IMG/VR virus record: IMGVR_UViG_3300022468_000286
Strand: one strand, 5' to 3'
Length of the DNA: 64,000 nt
DNA from: a virus
Taxonomy: Duplodnaviria; Heunggongvirae; Uroviricota; Caudoviricetes
The notes under the pieces were generated by a model. The model saw only the letters and a list, made by a program, of their open reading frames with translations, searched no databases and was not told where the DNA came from. The first letter of the stretch is position 1, and each line of letters opens with the position of its first letter. Below, piece by piece: positions 36,660 through 46,448 of the stretch. Made by a program: the position numbers and the translations under genes.

Positions 36660-38801
36660 TTAGTGAACCTCTCTCCACGTCTTACCTACCTTGCCTTCAC
36701 CCACTAGAGGGACCTTGATCTTGAGTGCAGTTCCAGCAGTCGCAATAGACTTCTCAATCAACTTTGCAACCTCTTCTCCGATGCTTTCTTCGCATTCGTA
36801 TTCTAGCTCGTCGTGAAAGTATCCAATGCGACGAACGACACAGCCTTTGTAGAGGTAGTAAGGTCTGCGCTTCTCATCCCAGAGTATACCGCCCAGCCAA
36901 CGATCCATATAGCAGCCTGCGTAGTCCATGATGATACCACCACAACTTTGAAAGATAGTGTTCAGCAAAGCAGATTTCTTACGGGTCAGCAAAATTCTAC
37001 CATCAATTGCAGGAAGGTACTTTTTCTGTCCTTTGGAATTCCAGTAAGCTTCTAGGTTTTCCTTAAGCTCTTTAGTTCCGGGGTTAGCCTCCCAGAATGC
37101 ATCCAGAGCCTTTTTGCCGTACTTTTCTGCAATGCCAAGGGTAGAGGCTACCTTTGGTGCTGCAGCCCCGTACATAATGGCGTAGTACCCGTTCTTGCTC
37201 TTGCTGCGATATGGCTTCCACTTAGGATTATCTTTGTCGAAGTCCGGAGACTTATACAGAGCCGCCACTTCTGCATGAATATCTCCGTAGAAAGCAAAAG
37301 TATTCTTTGAGTGAACATCGCCTTTAAGAAGTTCTTCTGCAGTGGCACCATTATCGTACTTATAGCAGTAATGTCCTTGGACTCGACCTTCAAGAGCAGC
37401 AGCATCGCCAGCAGCGATTACAAATCCATCTTCAGAAGTCCACAATGAACGAAACTCATATCCGAGCAATACTTTAGGGTCAGCTTTAGGGACATTGACT
37501 ACTACTTGGTGTTTCTGTCTGTGAGTAGAAGCAATACCTGTACGGCCTGCTCCAATACGACCATCATAAGCTAGACGTTCATTCCCAAGCCATCCTTCTA
37601 ATACTGAAAGCCTGTTACGCATAGAAAGCCATTTAACCACCTGACGAACAATCTCACCTTCCATTGCTTCTAGGTTCACGCACAGCTTGCCAGCCTCTTG
37701 AATCTTAGGTGATGTAGGAGTTAGCTGCCTAGTAACAGGGTCACGAACGGGCTTACCTGAAGAGTCCTTCTTATAATTCCATAAAGTAGGCTCCCATCCA
37801 GATTCAAGAAACCAATCTTTCATCTGCTCTTGATTTCCCATTTCCATAGGAAGTTCAATATCTAGTATTTGGTTAGCCTTGATTGCATATTTCTTGCCAT
37901 AGAATTCCCACATTTCATTGACCTGCTTGCCGTTGTGTTTTTCTACGAACTTCAGCCATTGAGCAGAGTAATCCCCATTAGCCTTAAATGGCTTGGCGGG
38001 CATCTTATAGTCTTTCTCTTCTGTTTTCTTGAGCTTTCTCGGAGGAAGTTTAGGCTCTACCTCAGCACGAATATCTTCCATCATTTGTTTGATCTTAATA
38101 ACAAGGTCGTTTCCTGCCTTAACATCAAACTTCCATCCTGAAAGGTCTTGGCAACTCATAAGGAAAAAGCTTTTCTGCCCTGCACGGAAACTAGGAATCC
38201 AACCATCCCAAGAGCCATAAATATCAATCCATTCTAAGATCAGGTACTTGAAAGTCTTGTCTGCAATCAAAGTATCTTGCTCGCAGTAATCATCCATGAT
38301 TGGAGTATATTGCTGGAACTCCGCTCCGTCCCCTGCATCTTTTTCAATAATGCCTGCCTCAATACATTCTGCACGGAAATCCATCTTTGGAAATCCAAGG
38401 ACACCACCAAAATAATCAATAGAGTGCCGCATACGATCAGGATTAAGAAACATCGAGAGATAAAACGTATCCACGAAGTTAACCTCAATATCCTCGATAG
38501 TATCAGGGCCTACAGTAAAATCCAAATCAAGGATAAACTTCATTGCAAAAATATCATACCCTAAACCATTATGAAAAATAACATTAGGCTTATCGTAACC
38601 CTCCAGCCACGATAGAAACTTCTGGCGCGCTTTAGGATCATTGAAGGGCTTCAGCTTCAACTTCTCTCCAGTGTCCAAATCCTTGAGGCAAAGCACCCAA
38701 ATCTTCGTAGCTGCAAAGACGAATCCGTTAGCTTCAATGTCCAATGAAAATCCGTTGTACTTCATATTTCTCCTTCCAAATAACAAACGGCAGTCTACCA
38801 T
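36660..38801 (-). CDS. DNA polymerase, family A (with 3'-5' exonuclease domain)
   Basis: Exo I is LDIEANG. Motif B is RSKSKNGYYAIMYG and motif C is FHDELEYE. 713 aa. Confidence 0.85.
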   Translation of the reverse strand: MVDCRLLFGRRNMKYNGFSLDIEANGFVFAATKIWVLCLKDLDTGEKLKLKPFNDPKARQKFLSWLEGYDKPNVIFHNGLGYDIFAMKFILDLDFTVGPDTIEDIEVNFVDTFYLSMFLNPDRMRHSIDYFGGVLGFPKMDFRAECIEAGIIEKDAGDGAEFQQYTPIMDDYCEQDTLIADKTFKYLILEWIDIYGSWDGWIPSFRAGQKSFFLMSCQDLSGWKFDVKAGNDLVIKIKQMMEDIRAEVEPKLPPRKLKKTEEKDYKMPAKPFKANGDYSAQWLKFVEKHNGKQVNEMWEFYGKKYAIKANQILDIELPMEMGNQEQMKDWFLESGWEPTLWNYKKDSSGKPVRDPVTRQLTPTSPKIQEAGKLCVNLEAMEGEIVRQVVKWLSMRNRLSVLEGWLGNERLAYDGRIGAGRTGIASTHRQKHQVVVNVPKADPKVLLGYEFRSLWTSEDGFVIAAGDAAALEGRVQGHYCYKYDNGATAEELLKGDVHSKNTFAFYGDIHAEVAALYKSPDFDKDNPKWKPYRSKSKNGYYAIMYGAAAPKVASTLGIAEKYGKKALDAFWEANPGTKELKENLEAYWNSKGQKKYLPAIDGRILLTRKKSALLNTIFQSCGGIIMDYAGCYMDRWLGGILWDEKRRPYYLYKGCVVRRIGYFHDELEYECEESIGEEVAKLIEKSIATAGTALKIKVPLVGEGKVGKTWREVH

Positions 38802-38825
38802 AAGATAGCTGCCGTTGTCAATGCT

Positions 38826-39398
38826 TTAAGTTTTAAAACTCATCAGTGCATCATACGCTCTAGAATCTAGTTGAGACTTGTATTGTTCAGCAAGAAGCCT
38901 CAATTTCGCAAGTTTAGCTTTAGTGTAAATCTTAAGACAATCTTCCAGTGTGCCGATATGTAGATGGCCTGATTTTCTTTTCCCATTTACAACAGTCGAA
39001 AGCTGTGCCACATATTTACCGTTAGATTTCTTAAAATATACCCCGTGCGGAAGATTTCCGTTTGTCGTTCGGCAGTCTGAAATCAGAGTATTAATTTCGT
39101 TAGGTAGAAAACAGCAAGACATTTCTGAGTATAGCTTACCACAACCCAGTAGGTCTTTATCTAACTGCCAGTTTGGAACAAAGTTTTTCAAATACCATTT
39201 TCTGAAATTTGAATGCAGCAGCCAATCATTTCTGACATGACATCCTTCATAACTTGGCTTCTTTTCTTGATATAACTTGCTATAACATCTTCGAATCATG
39301 CTGTGCCAAACAGCATAAGAGTCTAAGCTTGAACTTAGATCATTAATGCCTTTACCAAAAATCATTAAAATTCTCCTACACCATTGTCTCGCAACCAT
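38826..39398 (-). CDS. Free-standing homing endonuclease (HNH-like N-terminus + AP2 DNA-binding domain)
   Basis: The AP2 domain is GVYFKKSNGKYVAQLSTVVNGKRKSGHLHIGTLEDCLKIY. It is inserted between the polymerase and primase-helicase genes. Confidence 0.5.
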   Translation of the reverse strand: MVARQWCRRILMIFGKGINDLSSSLDSYAVWHSMIRRCYSKLYQEKKPSYEGCHVRNDWLLHSNFRKWYLKNFVPNWQLDKDLLGCGKLYSEMSCCFLPNEINTLISDCRTTNGNLPHGVYFKKSNGKYVAQLSTVVNGKRKSGHLHIGTLEDCLKIYTKAKLAKLRLLAEQYKSQLDSRAYDALMSFKT

Positions 39399-41110
39399 GT
39401 GTCTAGGTTGAACAGTCTTGCCTTTTCATTATCATAGTACAGTGCCCCTGCTGGTCCTGTCAAGCCATATAAACGATTTTTAGTAACAAAAATCTCTGTG
39501 GTGTTTCGCTTGATCGGGTCTTCAGCCATCTTGTCACGCTTTAGCAGAATATTTGCAGAAGCAGATTTAATAATTGTACTCGAACCCATAATGTTCATTT
39601 CACTATCTGCACCTGATTTCCCAGCTTCAACCTTTCGCATATGATTAACAAATACTAGCGTACAACCGTGAGACTTAATAATACCTTTAGCCCATTTAAG
39701 GAAAAGTGCCTGCTCTTCATTTGAAAGACCGTCCAACACATCCTGCAGAACATCGAGAATAATCACCTTACACCCACAGGCTACAACCAGTTCTTCAATT
39801 GTATCTTGAATCTCTTCAACAGAGCCGTCCCGATTATCTAGTAAATAGAAACGTGGTTCCCCGTCCTCCTTTTTGAACAACTCTTCAGCTTTCTTTTTGA
39901 CATAATCACTGCTGAGGTATTTAATACGCTCTTCGGTAGAACCAATAAGTGCCAATTTCCGTTGCAGATATTGGCTCAACATTGCCTCTCCGTATTGTCC
40001 TGCATCAAGTTCCATAGATACAATCCCCAACATATGTGGGGAATTAAAAACCCAGTATTCCAACATAAAGTTTACAAGAGTTGTCTTACCAAGCCCGGTA
40101 TCAGCAGCTACGTTGATGATTGCACCCACAGGAAGCCCGCCGACAAACTTATTATTCAATTCTTCCATTTCAGGTGGGAATGGGATTTTAGGAACCTCGG
40201 CCTGTTCAAGAATGCGAGCATAAAGATCGCTAGAAGGCAGAACCCCAACAGGTACTCTCTTTTCAGCGTTGAAGAAGTCCGAAATAAATTCCTTACTCTT
40301 GCCAGCCTTCAGGTACTCATTAGCGTCTTTAAAGCGCATCTTCATGATCTTGACCTTACCCTTTGGCAAGGACGGAATCAAGGCTTCAATGGCTTCCTGA
40401 CCGGCTTTATCAGCATCATAGCAAAGGATGATATTGTCAAAGCTATCTAGGAACTTGTACTGAGCTTTGATCTGCTTCTTACTCTGAGCGCCAGTAGTGG
40501 GACTGACTACTGCAGTTTCAAAATCCCAGCCCTTAAAAGTGTTATACTCCTTGAGCATCTGGTAGGCAGATAGTTGATCAACTTCCCCTTCAGTAATCAC
40601 TACATATTTACCGCCTCGATTAAATCGAAACTGTCCGAACAGTTCACAATCAGCACCTGTCCTGCCAATGGATCGGAAATTCTTAGGAACTTCTCGGATT
40701 TTATAGCCTACCAGTTGACCTTCTTGAGTGCATGGGTAATACTGTTCTAGGACTTCACCTGTCTCTTCATCAAACGAATGCCGCACACCAAAGTAAGCAA
40801 GCGTCGCATCAGTAAGGCTCCGGAAATTATTAGCTTTGGTGCTTGTCTCGGATTTAATCTCTGCGGCTTCCTCAGTAGTCAAGGCTGGCTTAGTACTCTT
40901 TTGAACTTCTACTTCTGTATCTTGTTTCATTGCTTCCCTTCGTTTCTTTCTTTGAGAACCTGACTTACTTTCTGCAAGTATCTCTTTGTATTCATCACTC
41001 AAGGTAGCAGCTTGGCAAACAAAACAGTATGTACTGCCGTCACTATAAACTGCCTTCCCATCACTGCTGCCGCATTTGCTACATTCTTCGTGCTTAATAA
41101 ATCCAGCCAA
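39365..41110 (-). CDS. Bifunctional primase-helicase (T7 gp4-like: Zn-ribbon + TOPRIM + DnaB-family helicase)
   Basis: The Zn-ribbon is CSKCGSS...CFVCQA, the TOPRIM is YDADKAG, the Walker A is AADTGLGKTT and the Walker B is VIILDVLQD. Confidence 0.85.
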   Translation of the reverse strand: MAGFIKHEECSKCGSSDGKAVYSDGSTYCFVCQAATLSDEYKEILAESKSGSQRKKRREAMKQDTEVEVQKSTKPALTTEEAAEIKSETSTKANNFRSLTDATLAYFGVRHSFDEETGEVLEQYYPCTQEGQLVGYKIREVPKNFRSIGRTGADCELFGQFRFNRGGKYVVITEGEVDQLSAYQMLKEYNTFKGWDFETAVVSPTTGAQSKKQIKAQYKFLDSFDNIILCYDADKAGQEAIEALIPSLPKGKVKIMKMRFKDANEYLKAGKSKEFISDFFNAEKRVPVGVLPSSDLYARILEQAEVPKIPFPPEMEELNNKFVGGLPVGAIINVAADTGLGKTTLVNFMLEYWVFNSPHMLGIVSMELDAGQYGEAMLSQYLQRKLALIGSTEERIKYLSSDYVKKKAEELFKKEDGEPRFYLLDNRDGSVEEIQDTIEELVVACGCKVIILDVLQDVLDGLSNEEQALFLKWAKGIIKSHGCTLVFVNHMRKVEAGKSGADSEMNIMGSSTIIKSASANILLKRDKMAEDPIKRNTTEIFVTKNRLYGLTGPAGALYYDNEKARLFNLDTWLRDNGVGEF

Positions 41111-41296
41111 AATTACCTCACTATTATTAGTCGTACCTTTGCATTAAATCCTTATTCTTTTGGTCTAACTCCTTCAGAAGTTTATCAAGCTTTTTATGGC
41201 CCTTATCTTCTTTGTCGAAGTACAAAGCATAGGATTCACTACCCTTCATCAGTAGTATATCACGATAAGGTACGAATTTGCAACCCTCAGTGTAAG

Positions 41297-41812
41297 TCAT
41301 CCTAGTGTATACCCAAGAGGTTTCATCTTAGTCATGATACGTTCAGCATAGTCTTGGCGGTGAGAGTGATCAATGTTTGTCACCTTAATAACCTTTGTTG
41401 CCTTGGACTCATAGTACTCTACTGTTCCAACAGAATTTTTAGATTCAGTATCGTAATAAACCTGTGAAATACTCAGAGGAAAGCCACTGAGTAACTTATT
41501 CAGGTTATTTACTACAATAATCTGAACCTTTACATGTTTATATTGATACTCGTACACATTCAAAAGGTTGGGATTACCTTGATACTCTGCAGGCAGAGTC
41601 ATATTCTGTGAGTTATACAAATCAAACATATTGTTGAACTGAAACAGCTTACCCTTATAGTCTGTAAAAATATCAATATCCTTGGCAGGCATATTGTGAT
41701 CCCAATCTCTAGGTGCTCCACCAGCAGCAAAAGCAGTGAATCCAGCTTCGTTGATTTTAGATATAAAATACTCTGCTACTTCTTTTTGTTTTTTAATCAA
41801 AACTTCTTTCAT
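41297..41812 (-). CDS. Minimal nucleotidyltransferase with CCA-adding/poly(A) polymerase head-domain signature
   Basis: The motif is GGAPRDWDHNMPAKDIDIFT (GGxxRD...DxD). It is only 171 aa. Confidence 0.5.
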   Translation of the reverse strand: MKEVLIKKQKEVAEYFISKINEAGFTAFAAGGAPRDWDHNMPAKDIDIFTDYKGKLFQFNNMFDLYNSQNMTLPAEYQGNPNLLNVYEYQYKHVKVQIIVVNNLNKLLSGFPLSISQVYYDTESKNSVGTVEYYESKATKVIKVTNIDHSHRQDYAERIMTKMKPLGYTLG

Positions 41813-42024
41813 TATTTCCTCTCAAAGTTAAGCCATTCTGGCGTATCTACAAATAACACATCAAAGTCATCACTCTTATGTCCTGCCTCATGAGCTTCAT
41901 ACCTGTAGTACCACATGCCATCAGGCCACACCAGAATATCTTCTAGATCAAATGTTTTATTATCAATACTTTGCTTCATGCCACTCCTTTGGTGTAAAGG
42001 TACAAGTATAGCAGAAAAGAACAC
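41812..42024 (-). CDS. Small hypothetical protein
   Basis: 70 aa. Confidence 0.25.
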   Translation of the reverse strand: MFFSAILVPLHQRSGMKQSIDNKTFDLEDILVWPDGMWYYRYEAHEAGHKSDDFDVLFVDTPEWLNFERK

Positions 42025-42052
42025 AAGTGCAAGACTTATGTTCCTTCTTAAA

Positions 42053-43123
42053 TCACTCCAGATTGCTCATAAAGAATTCGCGGGCTTTCTTAGAGATCGC
42101 TCCGTTTACATCCTTTGGCTCAATACCTGATGCGATCATGGTAGAAAGCTCTTCCTTGAGGATATCACCTACAACCCAGCGCAGGTAGTCGCCAGTGCTT
42201 CGAACACTGTGTTCTAGGCCCATCTCTGTAAGCTTATCAAGCCCTTGCTTCAGACGGTTTTCAGTACAAGCGTAATCCACGAACTCTTGAACACTCTTAA
42301 CCTTTTCCTCGTCCACTGGAGCAATAGTCTTTACCTTACTAGCACTGTGCTTCTCACCTTTAACCTTGAAGCGAAGATCGCACAGGGTAGTATATAGTTC
42401 CTGTGAAATATCTGGATTATCATCAAGGTTTACTTCGGGCGATACAGACCAAAAAATACCTTCACCAATAAGCTCTCGGGCTTCATCTGGGCCAAGTAGT
42501 TGTCGTGCTACTGGGCAGTCCTTCTCTACACTTTCAGTCAGTGCAACCAGTTGATTTTGCACCAGTGTTGGAGTATCGAAATCAATCTCTACACTATACG
42601 TAGGAAAGTTATGCGAGAAATAAATATTATCAGGACGGCCCCTCTCATCAAAGAAAGATTCCCAACTGCGAGTGGAATGCCATTCCTTCCCTTCTGCATC
42701 TTCACTGAAGCGAATAGCAAAGACTACAAACATCTTTGGAAGATAGGACAGGCCAACACCCTTTTGGATATTACCACCGCACCATTCACCGTAGATTTGA
42801 ACGCACTCTCCGTCCTTGAGGATACCTCCAGAAAGGTCAATAGCTACATTATCCCAGTATTCCTTGTTACCGTATACCCAAGCAGCAAAGCCAGCGTTGT
42901 CGCTCTCAGGAGTGATGATACGTTCACGGCTTTGGCACCACCATTCACCTTTTTGGTTAATTACAACGGCAGCATTAGTGCCGTGCAGCTTTACAGTACC
43001 CTGCAGGCGAACTTTAGGTACAGGCACATTGTGGTACTTAGCTGTAGATTGCACTTGCTTAATAGCATCGCGGAACTGCCCGGTGCTTGGAAACTTAATG
43101 AAGGTATTCTTTTGAACTTGCAT
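42053..43123 (-). CDS. RNA ligase (Rnl2-like)
   Basis: Motif I is VKLHGTNAAV (T4 Rnl2 has KIHGTN). The size of 356 aa is compatible, and later motifs are EWCGGNIQ and ...KVKGEKHSASK. Confidence 0.55.
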   Translation of the reverse strand: MQVQKNTFIKFPSTGQFRDAIKQVQSTAKYHNVPVPKVRLQGTVKLHGTNAAVVINQKGEWWCQSRERIITPESDNAGFAAWVYGNKEYWDNVAIDLSGGILKDGECVQIYGEWCGGNIQKGVGLSYLPKMFVVFAIRFSEDAEGKEWHSTRSWESFFDERGRPDNIYFSHNFPTYSVEIDFDTPTLVQNQLVALTESVEKDCPVARQLLGPDEARELIGEGIFWSVSPEVNLDDNPDISQELYTTLCDLRFKVKGEKHSASKVKTIAPVDEEKVKSVQEFVDYACTENRLKQGLDKLTEMGLEHSVRSTGDYLRWVVGDILKEELSTMIASGIEPKDVNGAISKKAREFFMSNLE

Positions 43124-43125
43124 AT

Positions 43126-43395
43126 TTACTCCTCTACCTCAACCAACTTCATGTTGAGCTTCTTGAATCGAAAGTCTTTTGCCTTGACTGTATTTGTTGA
43201 GAAAACAGTAGATGGTGCATTTAACCAACAACCATAAACTCCATGTTCATCTTTAGGGGAATAGTTTACGACAAACAATATCCATCCAGCATAGTACCCG
43301 TGAGGGTCTGCAACACACTCATAAATCTCTCCAGCTTTCAGGTTCCCCGGCGCTACGTGAATTTTTTGCTCATCCTTAAGTCGTTCAATTTGCAT
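43126..43395 (-). CDS. Hypothetical protein
   Basis: 89 aa. Confidence 0.3.
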   Translation of the reverse strand: MQIERLKDEQKIHVAPGNLKAGEIYECVADPHGYYAGWILFVVNYSPKDEHGVYGCWLNAPSTVFSTNTVKAKDFRFKKLNMKLVEVEE

Positions 43396-43415
43396 ATTTT
43401 TCTCCTTTAGTAAGA

Positions 43416-43877
43416 TTACAACACCCAGCAGGTTTTCTTTACTTGATTCTGTGGGTCACAGTCATTGATGATGGCTTCGATTATATCCCAATCTCCACCA
43501 CCAAGTCCAGCACCAATCTTAGGGAAATGAACTTCTAGGTCAGTTGCCTTTGCCTGACGGAAAACTTCCGTGAAGGCTTTGGCAATGGCTGCATAGTTAA
43601 CATGCCTCCGATCCGTACCGAAATACTCTTGAGTAATTGCATTAGCAATAAAAAGGTTCTTGGAAAAGTCAATACAAAATTCAGGATTAAACCAAACAAC
43701 GCTTCCAAGCGGAAGAGTTTCTTCTTCATAAACCCGGCGATATTCAAGGAAGCATTCAAAGTACTTATTCTTGATTGCAAGTGCTACACCTGAACCCATG
43801 ACACCCTGAGCATTGCAGCCATGCACGATGATGCCAACTTTTACGTCAAGAAGATTGCCGCGTTTATATTCAATCAT
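43416..43877 (-). CDS. Macro-domain protein (ADP-ribose / Appr-1''-p binding or processing)
   Basis: The motifs are GIIVHGCNAQGVMGSGVALAIK and KIGAGLGGGDW. Confidence 0.65.
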   Translation of the reverse strand: MIEYKRGNLLDVKVGIIVHGCNAQGVMGSGVALAIKNKYFECFLEYRRVYEEETLPLGSVVWFNPEFCIDFSKNLFIANAITQEYFGTDRRHVNYAAIAKAFTEVFRQAKATDLEVHFPKIGAGLGGGDWDIIEAIINDCDPQNQVKKTCWVL

Positions 43878-43885
43878 TATTACTC

Positions 43886-44044
43886 CTAATCAAAAACACA
43901 AAGACACAGAGGAATTCCCCAGAGTATGAACAAGGCTATCAATGCTCCAACCCAAAAAGCACTGCCTAGTGCTGCAGAGATTGTACCACCTACGGACACA
44001 AAAAGTACATGCATCCAGAACCAGAATTGAAATTCTCCCTTCAT
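43886..44044 (-). CDS. Small membrane protein (52 aa)
   Basis: ATG at 44044 with RBS aaggag 2 nt after the ligase stop. It encodes MKGEFQFWFWMHVLFVSVGGTISAALGSAFWVGALIALFILWGIPLCLCVFD. Confidence 0.35.
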   Translation of the reverse strand: MKGEFQFWFWMHVLFVSVGGTISAALGSAFWVGALIALFILWGIPLCLCVFD

Positions 44045-44045
44045 A

Positions 44046-44939
44046 CTACTCCTTAAAATCCATAAAATCACGAATGCCTTTGAACACAGGGAATCGAGGA
44101 ACATCATATCCACCAAGGTCAAAGAACTTAACAGTAGCGAACTTTCCGATGAGTGTATCACGGATTGCCCAAAGAGCATCACGAGTCTCATCATCAAACC
44201 CGCTACCACAGCCGAATTCTACACCAGTTTTAGTCTTCAGGTACAATACCCCTAGTGTGTCCAATGGAATCATTCCTGCTTGAGCAGTACTTCGTGAAGT
44301 CCTTCCAAGTTCATTGATCTTCGCTTCGTTTGCATTGTGATACTTACAATCAAATCCGACGATTTCAAATTCCTCGTCCTTGAAAAGCTTCAACTTCAGC
44401 AGCAGACCTTCCTTCAAGGAGCTTCGACCGAACTTATATTTTCCGTCAGGCTTCTTGGTCATTGCCCCTTCATACCCTTGCTTAACATACTGCTTGCGAA
44501 GGGCCTCCAGAGCCTCTGCAGAGTGTACAAGAACTTGAGGTAGTACCGAGGTATTGCTAGGCAAGATACGCGATTCTAGAGCCTTTAGACGATCCTCAAA
44601 GCCTCCTTCAGAAACGATATCAAACGCATAGAAACTGAAATCCTGTACCTTGTCATGTGACATTACAAAACTTGCAGTTTCACGGAAGACATTCTCTGCG
44701 GTAGGGCTACCTACAATGAATTCCCCGTCTACGTTTTCAAGAGCTTGTGCATTTCGCTTGGCCCATTCCTGAATGCTTTTATTAGGGATAGGCTTCAGAC
44801 TGCGTGACAATGCTACACCATTCCGAATAACAGCACGGATACCATCAAGCTTAGGGCTGACGTATACAGGGTACTTGATATCAGCCAGAACATCTACCTG
44901 AGAAGCCAGCATTGGCTTGAATTCTTTGATCTTCGTCAT
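44046..44939 (-). CDS. ATP-dependent DNA ligase
   Basis: Motif I is SPKLDGIRAV (KxDG). 297 aa. Confidence 0.8.
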   Translation of the reverse strand: MTKIKEFKPMLASQVDVLADIKYPVYVSPKLDGIRAVIRNGVALSRSLKPIPNKSIQEWAKRNAQALENVDGEFIVGSPTAENVFRETASFVMSHDKVQDFSFYAFDIVSEGGFEDRLKALESRILPSNTSVLPQVLVHSAEALEALRKQYVKQGYEGAMTKKPDGKYKFGRSSLKEGLLLKLKLFKDEEFEIVGFDCKYHNANEAKINELGRTSRSTAQAGMIPLDTLGVLYLKTKTGVEFGCGSGFDDETRDALWAIRDTLIGKFATVKFFDLGGYDVPRFPVFKGIRDFMDFKE

Positions 44940-45093
44940 ATTACTCCTTAAGCGTCTGGATTACTCAAGACATAAAGCAACGCATTAATACTCTGGATAA
45001 TCAAATGCTGTGCATTCGGTGATAAGTCCTGCCACTTACGGGTATCTCCATATTTTTCGGCAATCTTTTGCCAGTAGATTTCAACGTCTGACA

Positions 45094-45381
45094 TTATGCG
45101 TCGATGCTTTCATTTTGAATTGCTGAGTTCAAAGCATCAACAAAAGCAGAAGCCTTGTCAAAATCCAGATCAGATTCCACTACGGTAATCATGCGGCCCT
45201 TGCTATCAGAGGCAACCACATCAACCAGTCGTGGACTAGACAGGCTGCGACGTAGATTATATTCAGAGACAATCTTAGGGTCAACCTTCTTCACTTTTGT
45301 TTGCTCCTTTTCGACCTTAGCGTCATACATGAAGTCATTACGAATGCTGTGGATTTCTTGAGTGTTTTGATAAGCTTGCAT
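45094..45381 (-). CDS. Hypothetical protein
   Basis: 95 aa. Confidence 0.3.
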   Translation of the reverse strand: MQAYQNTQEIHSIRNDFMYDAKVEKEQTKVKKVDPKIVSEYNLRRSLSSPRLVDVVASDSKGRMITVVESDLDFDKASAFVDALNSAIQNESIDA

Positions 45382-45545
45382 GTGATACCCCCTTTTTTTT
45401 TAGTAATTAATCTTCGAAAACTTCTTCGGACAGGCGACCTTTCAGAGATCGCTGAGGTTGGAGATAGTCCAGTACCTCGTCTACATCCTTGTCTGAATTA
45501 TAGTAGAAAAAATCCTGACTGTCTTCTTTATTTTTGACTTCTTTT

Positions 45546-45881
45546 TTACTTTTTGTTTGCTTCTTTTGACTCATTTGCTCTTTCTGCCTCCCGCATAGTT
45601 TCCTGTAGTTCTTTCTTGAAAGTAATACTTGGCCTGAATTTTACATTGTAACTCTTAGGAAAGTCTACCGTCTTCTTGAGTTGAAAATTATAAGCGGATT
45701 TTGGATTGATGACCTTCAAGGAAAAGAAACCAACACCGGGAAGGTTCACATCTTGCCCTTGCATGATTTCGTCAATGATTGTAGCACGAAGAACACGAAG
45801 CATATCATCGTATTCATACGCATGATACTCTGGGTTGTTCGCGTGCATTGTCCTTGCAAGCTCTCTCTGGGATTTATGCAA
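45546..45881 (-). CDS. HU/IHF-like DNA-binding protein
   Basis: The HU-fold pattern is present (DVNLPGVGFFSLKVINPKSAYNFQLKKTVDFPKSYNVKFRPSITFKKEL), followed by a Lys-rich tail. Confidence 0.55.
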   Translation of the reverse strand: MHKSQRELARTMHANNPEYHAYEYDDMLRVLRATIIDEIMQGQDVNLPGVGFFSLKVINPKSAYNFQLKKTVDFPKSYNVKFRPSITFKKELQETMREAERANESKEANKK

Positions 45882-46448
45882 TTAACGCTCCTTGTGATGA
45901 TCAGTAATGACAAGTTCTTGCCTTGCCATATAATTTGCAATATCGAATTCACTATAAAACCGATGTGAACCGAACTGATTGTAACTGTTGTCAATCCCTA
46001 CGTCAAGCATCTTCCCTGTAGGACTCTTCAGGTTTCCGTGACAGTGCCCATGCAGATGCCAAGAGCCATACCCTTGCTTGTGCCACGCCATAATAGGGAA
46101 GTGAAACAGAACAACAGGATGATCGCCAATCTTGATTTCCTTATACTGCCACCAGTTGTTAATCAGTCCATCCTTTTTAAGCCAATCATATGCAGCCGTG
46201 CTGTCGTGATTACCCTTAATCAGATTAATATTACCATTCAGCCTAGAAACGAACTTCGCAATATCCTCGTACTTACTTGCAAAGGACAGATCACCGAGAT
46301 GCCAAACTTCATCCTGTTCGGCAACATCACGATTCCAGACATTCACCAACCATTCGTCATGGTCTTCTACTGTTGTTTGCCAGCCTCGATTTGTAAATTC
46401 TACAATACGCTTATGGCGGTGGTGTAAATCACTTGTAAAAATCTTCAT
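45882..46448 (-). CDS. Calcineurin-like metallophosphoesterase
   Basis: The motifs are SDLHHRH, GDLS and GNHD. Confidence 0.6.
   Translation of the reverse strand: MKIFTSDLHHRHKRIVEFTNRGWQTTVEDHDEWLVNVWNRDVAEQDEVWHLGDLSFASKYEDIAKFVSRLNGNINLIKGNHDSTAAYDWLKKDGLINNWWQYKEIKIGDHPVVLFHFPIMAWHKQGYGSWHLHGHCHGNLKSPTGKMLDVGIDNSYNQFGSHRFYSEFDIANYMARQELVITDHHKER

Noticed and set aside
42500-43237. 245-aa + strand ORF antisense to the Rnl2-like ligase gene, and similar antisense ORFs at 34201..34710, 39962..40450, 46038..46427 and 46836..47336
   Set aside because: Each is embedded antisense in a well-supported minus-strand gene. These are not credible as independent genes.
43886-44209. 107-aa ORF overlapping the DNA ligase 3' end
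   Set aside because: The N-terminal two-thirds overlaps the ligase gene in another frame. Only the 52-aa C-terminal segment starting at ATG 44044 with its own RBS is plausible.
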